NCBI GenBank assembly: GCA_944372575.1
Contig: CALVZS010000007.1
Span: 10,132 to 74,131 of the forward strand
Direction: 5' to 3'
Source: an uncultured Clostridia bacterium
GTDB taxonomy: Bacteria; Bacillota; Clostridia; Christensenellales; Borkfalkiaceae
DNA: 64,000 bases
In this document: positions 52,409-61,521 of the stretch, piece by piece
How positions within the stretch are numbered: the stretch's first letter is position 1
Layout of the letters: each line of letters begins with the position of its first letter
Position numbers and translations under genes: made by a program
Notes under the pieces: model-generated
What the model was told of the DNA's origin: nothing
Seen by the model: only the letters and a program-made list of their open reading frames with translations
Database searches by the model: none

Positions 52409-52962
52409 AGCTGATCCTTGCGAGCAATTCGCCGCGCAGGCGGGAACTGCTCGCGCAGCTCGTCCGGGAGTTTGAAACACAGCCCTCGCGCTTCGAGGAG
52501 TCGGGCGCGGGGCTTTCCGCGTCCGGGACGGCGCGCCTGAACGCCTGCGGAAAGGCGCGGGAGGTCGCCTCCCGTTTCCCGGACTGCGCCGTGCTGGGGG
52601 CGGACACCGTCGTCTCCCCGGACGGGCGGCGCGTCCTCGGAAAGCCGAAGGACGCGCGGGACGCGCGTGCGATGCTGCGCGAGCTGAGCGGGCAAGAGCA
52701 CGTCGTCTGCACGGGAGTCTGCCTCATCGCCGGAGGACGGGAGGAGAGCGATGCCGTCTTAACGCGCGTACGGTTTTATTCTTTGTCGGAGGAGCTCATC
52801 GCGCGCTATGTGGCGAGCGGGCTGCCCATGGACAAGGCGGGGGCATACGGCATCCAGGACGGATATGAGCTCGTAGAGAGCTATGCGGGCAGCTATTCCA
52901 ACGTGGTGGGGCTTCCCGTGGAACGTCTGCGCGAAATGCTGCGCGGGGCGGGGCTGCTCTGA
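52405..52962 (+). CDS. maf: Maf-like nucleoside triphosphate pyrophosphatase
   Basis: GTG start overlapping the ppx stop. KLILASNSPRRRELL and GAYGIQD motifs. Confidence 0.9.
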   Translation: MKLILASNSPRRRELLAQLVREFETQPSRFEESGAGLSASGTARLNACGKAREVASRFPDCAVLGADTVVSPDGRRVLGKPKDARDARAMLRELSGQEHVVCTGVCLIAGGREESDAVLTRVRFYSLSEELIARYVASGLPMDKAGAYGIQDGYELVESYAGSYSNVVGLPVERLREMLRGAGLL

Positions 52963-53003
52963 CGGGCGGCCGCAGACAGGACAACAATACAGAGGAAAAA
53001 GAT

Positions 53004-53987
53004 ATGCTCAAACTGGCCATCGATTTCGGGACTGCGGTCACGAAGATCTACAAAATCGGGAGCGGCATCGTGCTTGCCGAGCCGACCTGCGTCACCGTCC
53101 AGAAGGACACGGGGGAGATCCGCGCCTTTGGCGCGGAGGCAAAGCGTCTCCTCGGCAAGACGGCGGAGGTGACGGACGTCGTGTTCCCCGTCTATGAAGG
53201 GGAGATCGTGGACGAGCGCTGTGCCGCCGCGCTCCTGGAATACTTTCTGCGCAAGGTCGTGCGCCGCACCTTCTCCGTGGAGGCGCTCTTCTGCGTGCCG
53301 TGCGCGTGCAGCATCGGTCTGAGAGAAACGTACTGCCGCGTCGCGCGGGCGGCGGGGCTTGCGCGCATCTCCTTTGCCGAGACGCCCTATCTCGCCGTCC
53401 TGGGGCAGGACATCCCGCTCTCCGAGTCCAACCCCGTGTTCGCCATCGACATCGGCGCCGGCAAGACGTCGTGCGCGGCGTTCTCGCTGGACGGCATCAT
53501 TGCGGGCATCACGATGAACGTGGGCGGCAACAACATGGACGTACACATCATCGATCACGTCGCCGAGACGTTCAATCTGAAGATCGGGTCTCTCACGAGC
53601 GAAAAGCTCAAAAATACCGTCGGCAGCCTCATCGAGAACGACAACCAGGGAACCATCGTCAACGGGCGGGACATCGCCACGGGCAAACCCCGGTCGGTAT
53701 CCGTCTCCTCGGCGGACATCCTCTTCCCCGTCCGCGTGTATGTGGACAAGATCATCGAGTATGCCGAGATGGTCATGAAAAAACTTCCCGCCGAAGTCTC
53801 CGCCGTCATGTGCAAGAACGGCGTCTACCTTGCGGGCGGGGTTACGAATATCGCCGGGTTCGCCGACTACGTCTCCGACCGCCTGCAGATGGAGGCGCAC
53901 CTCGGCAGCGACGCCCAGATGGCGATCGTGCTGGGCGGCGGCAGGGCGATCGGCAATTCCGCACTCCTCAAACGCATTGCGCTCTGA
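53004..53987 (+). CDS. MreB/Mbl-like actin homolog (divergent)
   Basis: 327 aa. LAIDFGTAVTKIY phosphate-1 loop, IDIGAGKTS and LAGGVTNIAG. maf-mreB synteny, but no mreC/mreD follow. Confidence 0.72.
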   Translation: MLKLAIDFGTAVTKIYKIGSGIVLAEPTCVTVQKDTGEIRAFGAEAKRLLGKTAEVTDVVFPVYEGEIVDERCAAALLEYFLRKVVRRTFSVEALFCVPCACSIGLRETYCRVARAAGLARISFAETPYLAVLGQDIPLSESNPVFAIDIGAGKTSCAAFSLDGIIAGITMNVGGNNMDVHIIDHVAETFNLKIGSLTSEKLKNTVGSLIENDNQGTIVNGRDIATGKPRSVSVSSADILFPVRVYVDKIIEYAEMVMKKLPAEVSAVMCKNGVYLAGGVTNIAGFADYVSDRLQMEAHLGSDAQMAIVLGGGRAIGNSALLKRIAL

Positions 53988-53995
53988 CGGCGCAT

Positions 53996-54020
53996 TCCTC
54001 CCTTCGGGGAGGATTTTTTT
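53996..54020 (+). terminator. intrinsic terminator
   Basis: Stem TCCTCCC-TTCG-GGGAGGA followed by TTTTTTT. Confidence 0.85.
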
Positions 54021-54048
54021 CAAATCGCGGAAAATGTCATAATTTTTA

Positions 54049-54078
54049 TTGACAAATGCATTGCCCTCATGCTATAAT
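54049..54078 (+). promoter_or_regulatory. promoter TTGACA-18-TATAAT
   Basis: Read directly from the sequence. Confidence 0.6.
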
Positions 54079-54142
54079 CACGCCGTTCGGCGAAATCAGT
54101 CACAATGTGAACGAAATCGAACGAAAAGACAGAGAGGAGACA

Positions 54143-55378
54143 ATGCAGATGGAACAGGAAGGACAGGAAACGGCAAGAAAGCGCGCGCCGCGCTGGGTGA
54201 AGATCACGGCGATCGTGCTCGCGTGCATTCTCATCGTGCTCGTGGCGCTCGTGGGTGCGGCGGCGATCGTCTGGCGCAATGAGATCTCGACGGTGGCAAA
54301 CTTCGTGAAGGTCGCCGAGCGGAACGACGCGCACGAGGACGGCGCGGTGTACCGCATGGACGTGGCGGGGGATTTCTACTTCGACGACTTCCTCGCGCAG
54401 GGCGGGGCGTCGAGCGACGCGGAGCTCATCGAATTCATCACGGACAGCATCACGCGCGGGCTCATCGACATGACCATCGAGCAGAGCGAGATCGCGTGCA
54501 GCGCCTTTACGGCGGTCACGCCCGAGGGCGACAGGATCTTCGCGCGCAACTACGACTTCGCCAAGACCAACACGGCGCTCGTGTTCACCGATCCGGGCAA
54601 CGGCAGGTACAAGTCCTTCTCCACCGTCGATCTGCAGTTTCTGGGCATGGATCAGAACCGCGACGTGGAGGGGCTGATCAACAAGATCACCTGCCTTGCC
54701 GCGCCCTATGCGCCGCTGGACGGCGTCAACGAGAAGGGCCTGAGCTGCGGCATCTTCATGAGCTATCAGGGGAACGAGACGGTCGCCACCGATCAGCAGA
54801 CGGAAAAGCCCGACATCACCTCCACCACCATGATGCGCGCCATGCTCGACTACTGCGCCACGGTTGAGAAGGCGGTCGCCTTCGTCGAGGGATACGATAT
54901 GCACGATTCGGCGCAGACGTCCTTCCACTATATGATCGCGGACGCGACGGGCGCGAGCGCCATCCTCGAGTGGACGGCAGGCACCGACCTCACCGACAAC
55001 GACGGCTCGGCGCGCACCCTCCATGTCATCTACAACGACGACGATGCGCACATCGGCTCGCGCGAGGGGGCGGCGGACTACCAGTGGATCACCAACTTCA
55101 TCCTGCAGCCCGGCTATTATGAAAGCGATGACGCCAAGCCCGGCGTCGACCGCTACGACCACATCTACGATCAGCTCTCGGAGGCGCAGGGCGTGGTGGA
55201 AAACGAGCAGGCGGCGATGGACATCCTCGCCTCGGTGGGCAGGCGCAGCTGGAACAACGACGATTCCAACGGCATCACGGTGCATTCCGTCGTCTACAAC
55301 CTCACCAAGCGGACGGTGCTCTGGGTCGCCAACGAACACTACGGCGAGGAAGCATACACGTTTGAATTTACGCTATGA
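54143..55378 (+). CDS. linear amide C-N hydrolase (Ntn hydrolase, choloylglycine hydrolase/penicillin V acylase family) with N-terminal membrane anchor
   Basis: 411 aa. TM helix [27 protein letters not shown], then about 100 aa later the putative nucleophile context [11 protein letters not shown]...IFARNYDF. Confidence 0.72.
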   Translation: MQMEQEGQETARKRAPRWVKITAIVLACILIVLVALVGAAAIVWRNEISTVANFVKVAERNDAHEDGAVYRMDVAGDFYFDDFLAQGGASSDAELIEFITDSITRGLIDMTIEQSEIACSAFTAVTPEGDRIFARNYDFAKTNTALVFTDPGNGRYKSFSTVDLQFLGMDQNRDVEGLINKITCLAAPYAPLDGVNEKGLSCGIFMSYQGNETVATDQQTEKPDITSTTMMRAMLDYCATVEKAVAFVEGYDMHDSAQTSFHYMIADATGASAILEWTAGTDLTDNDGSARTLHVIYNDDDAHIGSREGAADYQWITNFILQPGYYESDDAKPGVDRYDHIYDQLSEAQGVVENEQAAMDILASVGRRSWNNDDSNGITVHSVVYNLTKRTVLWVANEHYGEEAYTFEFTL

Positions 55379-55411
55379 GGCGGGCCGCGCCGGAAAAGAG
55401 CCGAAAAACGT

Positions 55412-55440
55412 TTGACAAAGGCGGGCGGGACGGCTATAAT
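55412..55440 (+). promoter_or_regulatory. perfect consensus promoter TTGACA-17-TATAAT of the pheST leader
   Basis: TTGACA at 55412-55417 and TATAAT at 55435-55440. Confidence 0.7.
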
Positions 55441-55446
55441 CAAGGT

Positions 55447-55700
55447 ATCAGGCATCGAAGCGGAAGAGACGTGCGTACGAAGCGCGCAAGAGAGGGGCGT
55501 CCGCAGGCTGAAAGACCCCCGCATGGACGCGCACGGTATTCCCCCGCCAGCCGCTCCGCCGAACGGAACTTCAAGCGGAGCCGTTCCCCCGCGTTAAGGG
55601 GCAATGAGGCGCGCGGCCTTTTTGCGGCGCGCAAAGACAGGTGGTACCGCGGCATTTCGCCCTGTTCACGGATGGTGGACGGGGCTATTTTTTTGTTTGG
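55447..55700 (+). promoter_or_regulatory. T-box riboswitch leader, Phe-specific (pheST)
   Basis: T-box core AAAGACAGGTGGTACCGCGG at about 55633-55652. Candidate specifier TTC at 55570-55572. Terminator hairpin plus TTTTTTT at about 55658-55697. Confidence 0.8.
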
Positions 55701-55707
55701 AGCAGAT

Positions 55708-56730
55708 ATGGACAAGTCATTGCAGGAAATTTTGCAGGAGGCGGCGGAAAAGTTCGCCGCAGCGGCGGACAGCCACGCGCTGTATGAGGCAAAGATGGCG
55801 TTCCTGGGCAAGATGGGCAGGCTGGGCGCCCTCTACAAAAAGCTTAAAGAGCTGCCCGAGAGCGAGCGGCCCGCTTTCGGCGCGCAGATCAACGAACTGC
55901 GCCGCGCCATCGAGGAGCGCGTCGCCGTCATCGAGGGGATGCTGCACGCGCGCGAGCTTTCCGCCCGCCTGGAGGGCGAACGGGTGGACGTCACCATGCC
56001 CGGCCGCAGGCGCCGGCAGGGGACGCTGCACCCCGTCACGCGCGTGAAGAACATGCTCATCGATGTCTTTGCGGGCATGGGCTTCGAGGTGTTCGAGGGG
56101 CCGGAGATCGAGACGGACTACTACAACTTCACGGCGCTCAACACGCCTGCCGATCACCCCGCGCGCGATATGCAGGATACCTTCTATCTCGCCGACGGGC
56201 TGCTTCTGCGCACGCAGACCAGTGCGGGGCAGATCCGGATGATGGAGCAAAAGAAGCCGCCCATCAAGATGCTCTCGCCCGGCAGGGTGTTCCGCTCGGA
56301 CGACGATGCCACCCACTCGCCCATGTTCCACCAGATGGAGGGGCTCGTGGTGGATAAGGACATCACCCTCTGCGACCTGCAGGGGATGCTCGACGAGTTT
56401 GCGCGCGTCATCTTCGGAAAGGAGAGCAAGACGCGCCTGCGTCCCTCCTACTTCCCCTTCACGGAACCCTCCGTCGAGGTGGACGTCTCCTGCCACGCCT
56501 GCGGGGGGAAGGGGTGTTCGCTGTGCAAGGGAACGGGCTGGATCGAGGTGCTCGGCGCGGGCATGGTCAACCGCCGCGTGCTGGAAAACTGCGGCATCGA
56601 TCCCGACGTGTACTCCGGCTTCGCCTTCGGCATGGGCATCGAGCGCATCGCCATGCTCAAGTACGGCATCAACAATATCAAGCTGCTCACCGAGAACGAC
56701 GTGCGTTTTCTGGAGCAGTTCAAGGATTAA
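55708..56730 (+). CDS. pheS: phenylalanine--tRNA ligase alpha subunit
   Basis: 340 aa from the ATG at 55708. Class II motifs ([31 protein letters not shown]). The upstream part of the track ORF covers the T-box leader. Confidence 0.96.
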   Translation: MDKSLQEILQEAAEKFAAAADSHALYEAKMAFLGKMGRLGALYKKLKELPESERPAFGAQINELRRAIEERVAVIEGMLHARELSARLEGERVDVTMPGRRRRQGTLHPVTRVKNMLIDVFAGMGFEVFEGPEIETDYYNFTALNTPADHPARDMQDTFYLADGLLLRTQTSAGQIRMMEQKKPPIKMLSPGRVFRSDDDATHSPMFHQMEGLVVDKDITLCDLQGMLDEFARVIFGKESKTRLRPSYFPFTEPSVEVDVSCHACGGKGCSLCKGTGWIEVLGAGMVNRRVLENCGIDPDVYSGFAFGMGIERIAMLKYGINNIKLLTENDVRFLEQFKD

Positions 56731-56745
56731 AGGGGGGAAACGGAG

Positions 56746-59139
56746 ATGTTATTACCGCTCAGCTGGCTGAAAGATTATGTGGACGTGGACGTCACCTCCG
56801 AGGAACTCAGGGACAAACTCTTCTCCTGCGGGTTCGAGGTGGAGGAGATGACCTATCTTGGCAGGGACGTCGTCAACGTCGTCACGGGGCGCATCACCAG
56901 GACGGAGAAGCACCCCGATGCGGACAGGCTCACCGTCTGTCAGGTGGACTGCGGCGAGAAGGGCGTGCGGCAGATCGTCACGGCGGCGACCAACGTGTTT
57001 ACGGGCGCCGTCGTCCCCGTCGCGCTCGATAATTCCACCGTCCTGCACGAGGGCGGGGTACAGAAGATCAGGACGGGCAAACTGCGCGGCGTGCCGTCGG
57101 AGGGAATGTTCTGCTCGGGCGAGGAACTGGGCATCACGGACGATTTCTATGTGGGTGCCGAGGTCAACGGCATCCTCATCCTCGACGGCGATACGCCGCT
57201 CGGGCAGGACATCCGCCCCGTCGTCGGCATCGACGACTGGATCTTCGATATCGCCGTCACCGCCAACCGCCCCGACTGTCAGTGCGTGTTCGGCATGGCG
57301 CGCGAGGTGGCTGCCATCCTCAAAAAGCCGCTCCGAGTTCCCGCAACCGATTATACGGCGCATGAGACGGACGTGAAGATCGCGGTGGAGGTCAAAGAGC
57401 CTGCGCTCTGCCCCCGCTATGTGGGCAACTATGTGGCAGACGTGAAGATCGGCACCTCGCCCCGCTGGCTACGCCGCCGCCTTGCGCTGTGCGGCCTCAG
57501 GTCGGTGTCGGACATTGTGGACATCACCAACTTCGTGCTGCTGGAGCTGGGACAGCCCATGCACGCCTTTGACAGGAACTACCTCGAGGGGGACGCCATC
57601 GTGGTGCGCCGCGCGCAGGCGGGCGAGAAGATCGTCACGCTCGATGAAAAGGAGTTCACCCTCACGCCGGACAACCTGCTCATCTGCGACAGGAAAAAGG
57701 GCGTGGCGCTCGCGGGCATCATGGGCGGGCTCAATTCCGAGATCAAGGCGGACACGCGAGAGGTGTTCTTCGAGTCTGCGAAGTTTGCGCGCGACAGCGT
57801 GCGCAAGACTTCCCGCGCGCTCGGCCAGCGCAGCGATTCCTCCGCCCGCTTTGAAAAGGGCATGGACGCCTGGACGTGCGGCTTTGCCATGGATCGCGCG
57901 CTGCACCTTGTGCAGCAGCTGGGCTGCGGCGTTCCCACCGCCTGTCGCGCCGACGTCAACGCCGACCCGCTCACGCCCAAGGTCATTGAGGCGGGGTACG
58001 AAAAGATCGACGCGTTGCTCGGCATCCGGGTGCCGCACGCGGAGATGGCTGCCATTCTGGAGCGCCTCGGCTTCGGCGTGGAGACGCGCGAGGGGGGCAT
58101 GATCGTGACCGTGCCGCTCTGGCGGGAGGATGTGGACGGCTATCCCGACCTCGCGGAGGAGATCATCCGCTCCTACGGCTACGAACATCTCACGCCCACC
58201 TTCCTGGCGCGCGCGGCCGTCACGCGCGGCGGCCTGGACGAGGCGCAGAAGATGCAGGAGAAGTGCAAGCGCACCCTGCAGCACGAGGGCTTCATGGAGA
58301 CGTGCAGCTACTCCTTCTATTCGCCCAAGGACTTCGACCTTCTCCGCCTTGCCGCCGACGCGCCCGAACGCCGCGCCATCCGCATCCTCAATCCCATCGG
58401 CGAGGATCTGTCCGTCATGCGCACCATCCTTGCGCCCAGCATGATCGCCGATATCGTGCGCAACGTGCGCCGCGGCAACGATGCGGGCAGGCTGTTCGAG
58501 CTTGCTAACGTCTACCTCGCCGGGGAACTGCCCCTTGTGCGGCAGCCGGAGGAGCGGGCGCATATCTCCCTCGGCCTGTGGGGAGAGGGCGACTTCTTTG
58601 ATCTCAAGGGCGCCGTGGAGGCGATCGCGGAGGCATTCGATCTCCGCCTCACCTTCGAGCGCTGCGAAAAGCCCTTCCTGCACTCCGGCGTGGCGGCCTG
58701 CGTCAGGCTGGGCGAGCGGGAGGTCGGCTGGCTGGGCGAACTGCACCCCGCCGTCGCCGAGGAACTTGCCCTGGAAAAGCGCGCCTATCTCGGCGAGCTG
58801 GACTATGCGCAGCTCTCCGGAAAATTTGCGAAGGACATCACCTTCCGTGCGCTGCCCAAATATCCCGACGTCGTGCGCGATCTGGCGGTGGTCGTCGGAG
58901 AGGAGGTCACCTGCGCGCAGGTGGAGAACGTCATTCTCAGGAGCTGCCGCGCGGCAAAGCGGGCGGAACTGTTCGACGTGTTCCATGGCGCGGCGCTGGG
59001 CGCGGGGAAAAAGAGCATGGCGTTCCACATCACCTTCGCTGCAGAGGGGGACAAGGCCGTCACGCCCGAACTTTCGGAAAAATATTTCAAGCGCATCGTC
59101 GAAATGCTTGAAAAAGAGCTGGGTGCGCAGCTTCGGTGA
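56746..59139 (+). CDS. pheT: phenylalanine--tRNA ligase beta subunit
   Basis: 797 aa. MLLPLSWLKDYVDV N-terminus, with tRNA-binding, B3/4, B5 and FDX-ACB domains. Confidence 0.96.
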   Translation: MLLPLSWLKDYVDVDVTSEELRDKLFSCGFEVEEMTYLGRDVVNVVTGRITRTEKHPDADRLTVCQVDCGEKGVRQIVTAATNVFTGAVVPVALDNSTVLHEGGVQKIRTGKLRGVPSEGMFCSGEELGITDDFYVGAEVNGILILDGDTPLGQDIRPVVGIDDWIFDIAVTANRPDCQCVFGMAREVAAILKKPLRVPATDYTAHETDVKIAVEVKEPALCPRYVGNYVADVKIGTSPRWLRRRLALCGLRSVSDIVDITNFVLLELGQPMHAFDRNYLEGDAIVVRRAQAGEKIVTLDEKEFTLTPDNLLICDRKKGVALAGIMGGLNSEIKADTREVFFESAKFARDSVRKTSRALGQRSDSSARFEKGMDAWTCGFAMDRALHLVQQLGCGVPTACRADVNADPLTPKVIEAGYEKIDALLGIRVPHAEMAAILERLGFGVETREGGMIVTVPLWREDVDGYPDLAEEIIRSYGYEHLTPTFLARAAVTRGGLDEAQKMQEKCKRTLQHEGFMETCSYSFYSPKDFDLLRLAADAPERRAIRILNPIGEDLSVMRTILAPSMIADIVRNVRRGNDAGRLFELANVYLAGELPLVRQPEERAHISLGLWGEGDFFDLKGAVEAIAEAFDLRLTFERCEKPFLHSGVAACVRLGEREVGWLGELHPAVAEELALEKRAYLGELDYAQLSGKFAKDITFRALPKYPDVVRDLAVVVGEEVTCAQVENVILRSCRAAKRAELFDVFHGAALGAGKKSMAFHITFAAEGDKAVTPELSEKYFKRIVEMLEKELGAQLR

Positions 59140-59148
59140 GGTGAATGT

Positions 59149-60159
59149 ATGAGAACAATGATCTACGGGGCGGGGGCGCTGGGAACGGTGCTCGGCGCCT
59201 ACATTGCAAGGGCGGGGCGGCAGGTTGATCTGGTCAACCGCAACCGCGCGCACGTCGCGGCGCTCAGGGAGCGTGGCGCGCATATTGTGGGGAAGGCGGA
59301 TTTTACCCAGCCCGTGTCCGCCCTCCTGCCCGAGGAGCTCACGGGGCAGTATGATATTATCATTCTGATGACAAAGCAGCAGCACAATGCCGAGGTGGTT
59401 GCATTTCTCAAGCCCTTCCTGAAGGAGGACGGCGCGCTGTGTACCTGCCAGAACGGTCTGCCCGAGCCTGCCATTGCCGAGGCGATCGGCGCGGACAGGA
59501 CGCTGGGCTGCGCCATCGCATGGGGCGCGACGTTCAAGGGGGAGGGGGTGAGCGAACTCACCTCCGATCCCTCGGCGCTCACCTTTTCGCTGGGCGCGTT
59601 CGGGAAGGGGAATCATCTGGAGGACGTCAAGGCGCTCTTCGAGTGCATGGGCGTCGTGGTCGTCGAAAAGAACTTCATCGGCGCAAGGTGGTCGAAGCTG
59701 CTCATCAACAGCGCGTTCTCCGGTCTCTCCACGGTGACGGGCGCCACCTTCGGGGAGGTCGCAAAGAACAAAGCCTCCCGCCGCGTTGCCCAGCGCATCA
59801 TCAAGGAGTGCATCGACGTCGCCAGGGCGGCGGGCATCGCCGTCGAGCCCGTACAGGGACACAAGATCGACAAGCTGTTCGACTACCGCGGCCCGCTCAA
59901 AAAGGCAATCTCCTTTGCGCTCATTCCCGTGGCGATGAAAAAGCATTCCGCGCTCATCGCCAGTATGCTGCAGGACATCCGCGCGGGCAAGAAGTGCGAG
60001 ATCGACGCCATCAACGGCGTCGTGTGCGCCTTCGGCAAAAAGTACGGCGTGCCGACGCCCTTCAATGAGAGGACGGTCGGGATCGTACACGGGCTGGAGG
60101 AGGGCGCGCCCATCGCCTTTTCCAATATCGCCCGTTACGACGACCTGCTGCGCAGGTAA
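59149..60159 (+). CDS. 2-dehydropantoate 2-reductase (PanE/ApbA family)
   Basis: 336 aa. IYGAGALGTVLGAYIARAG Rossmann loop. KxxxN..S family pattern (KLLINSAFS). Confidence 0.82.
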   Translation: MRTMIYGAGALGTVLGAYIARAGRQVDLVNRNRAHVAALRERGAHIVGKADFTQPVSALLPEELTGQYDIIILMTKQQHNAEVVAFLKPFLKEDGALCTCQNGLPEPAIAEAIGADRTLGCAIAWGATFKGEGVSELTSDPSALTFSLGAFGKGNHLEDVKALFECMGVVVVEKNFIGARWSKLLINSAFSGLSTVTGATFGEVAKNKASRRVAQRIIKECIDVARAAGIAVEPVQGHKIDKLFDYRGPLKKAISFALIPVAMKKHSALIASMLQDIRAGKKCEIDAINGVVCAFGKKYGVPTPFNERTVGIVHGLEEGAPIAFSNIARYDDLLRR

Positions 60160-60164
60160 TGTGT

Positions 60165-60199
60165 GTGCGCCGCCGGGGCAGTTTGCCCCGGCGGCGCAC
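60165..60199 (+). terminator. strong GC hairpin after the panE-like gene (terminator-like, no clear T-run)
   Basis: Stem GTGCGCCGCCGGGGCA/TGCCCCGGCGGCGCAC. Confidence 0.45.
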
Positions 60200-60297
60200 T
60201 ATTCATAAAAACTCCATATTTTGTGTAACGTAAATTTTGTGAACACAATATTTAGTGTATTGTAAAAAATTTTTTACGAGTTTTTTTCCGCATTTTC

Positions 60298-60327
60298 TTG
60301 ACAAAGCATATGCGCGTATGGTATGAT
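60298..60327 (+). promoter_or_regulatory. promoter of the pfl operon (TTGACA-18-TGgTATGAT)
   Basis: TTGACA at 60298-60303 and extended -10 ending at 60327. Confidence 0.65.
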
Positions 60328-60337
60328 ATGGGCAGTT

Positions 60338-60450
60338 GGAACCCCTGCGGTGACTGACGAAGCAAGGCGGAGCACCGCGTGAAGCCGCAGGAGGGGAAAG
60401 AGCCGTTCGTCTGGGCAATTTTTATCGGTGGATAAAGATTGCCCTTTTTG
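60338..60450 (+). promoter_or_regulatory. ZTP riboswitch (pfl motif) with expression-platform terminator
   Basis: GGTGACTGACGAA ... GGCGGAGCACCGCGTGAAGC ... CCGTTCGTCTGGGCA matches the remembered pfl-motif pseudoknot pattern, with GACGAA pairing to TTCGTC. The terminator GGGCAAT...ATTGCCC plus TTTTT (60412-60450) overlaps the 3-prime pseudoknot strand. Confidence 0.78.
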
Positions 60451-60472
60451 AACCTTTTTCGGAGGGCGGGAC

Positions 60473-61201
60473 ATGGTCGGAAGAGTGCATTCCTACGAAT
60501 CGTTCGGCACGGTGGACGGCCCCGGCATCCGCTTCGTGGTCTTTCTGCAGGGCTGTCCCATGCGCTGCAGATACTGTCATAACCCCGACACCTGGGACGC
60601 GCGCGGGGGGCGGGAGGTCACGGCGGAGGAAGTCGCCCGCGAAGTGCTCAAATACAGGAACTACTTCGCCGACCGCGGCGGCGTCACCCTCTCGGGCGGC
60701 GAGCCCCTTTTGCAGCTCGACTTCGTGCTGGAACTCTTTTCCATTCTCAAAAAAAAGGGCATCCGCACCTGCCTGGATACCTCCGGCATCTGCTTTTCGG
60801 AAGAGGATGCACGCTACGAGCGCCTTGCCGCCCTGACCGATCTCGTGCTCTTGGACATCAAGCACATCGACGATGCGGCGCATCGTGCGCTGACGGGGCA
60901 GAGCAACAAAAACCCGTTGGCGTTTGCGCGGTTTCTGGACGAACGCGGCGTGAAAATGTGGATCAGACACGTGCTCGTCCCCGGCATCACGGACGACGAC
61001 GGGGCGCTCAGGGAGCTGCGCGCCTTCCTCGACACCCTCACCAATGTGGACAGGGTGGAGGTGCTGCCCTATCACACGATGGGGGTGCAGAAGTACAGAA
61101 AGCTGGGCATTCCCTATCCCCTGGAGGGGGTGCAGCCCCCTGCCCGCGAGCGGGTGGAGAATGCCGGACGTATATTATCGGACAGACAGGAGCGGCTATG
61201 A
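60473..61201 (+). CDS. pflA: pyruvate formate-lyase activating enzyme (radical SAM)
   Basis: 242 aa. GPGIRFVVFLQGCPMRCRYCHNPDTW with a CxxxCxxC cluster. Confidence 0.93.
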   Translation: MVGRVHSYESFGTVDGPGIRFVVFLQGCPMRCRYCHNPDTWDARGGREVTAEEVAREVLKYRNYFADRGGVTLSGGEPLLQLDFVLELFSILKKKGIRTCLDTSGICFSEEDARYERLAALTDLVLLDIKHIDDAAHRALTGQSNKNPLAFARFLDERGVKMWIRHVLVPGITDDDGALRELRAFLDTLTNVDRVEVLPYHTMGVQKYRKLGIPYPLEGVQPPARERVENAGRILSDRQERL

Positions 61202-61470
61202 GCAGATTTTCTCTTCTGGAAGTGAGCGGCGAATCGTGCGCCAACTGCCTGACGCTTCTGCCCGTGGTGAACCGCCTCGCGGCGGTGCGCGGGCTGGAGG
61301 TGGAGCATCTGGAGGTGAGCGAGGCGACCGCCGGGCGGGTGCGCGCCCTCGGCATTGACCGCGTTCCCACGCTCATCGTCTTAAAGGACGGCGCGGAGGT
61401 CGCCCGATGCACGGGCTATCAGCCGGAGGAGATCCTGGAACTCTGGCTGGATGCGAAGATACAGGAATAA
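61198..61470 (+). CDS. thioredoxin-fold protein (CANC motif)
   Basis: 90 aa from the ATG at 61198 (ATGA overlap with pflA). LLEVSGESCANCLTLLPV...VPTLIVLKDG fits the thioredoxin pattern. Confidence 0.7.
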   Translation: MSRFSLLEVSGESCANCLTLLPVVNRLAAVRGLEVEHLEVSEATAGRVRALGIDRVPTLIVLKDGAEVARCTGYQPEEILELWLDAKIQE

Positions 61471-61521
61471 CGGCAGTCTTTTTTTGACAAAATACAGGAT
61501 GATACAGTACGGAGAAAGAGT

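Noticed and set aside
55375-55707. N-terminal 111 codons of the track ORF for pheS.
   Set aside because: This region is the T-box leader (promoter, specifier region, T-box sequence, terminator). The pheS start with an SD is at 55708.
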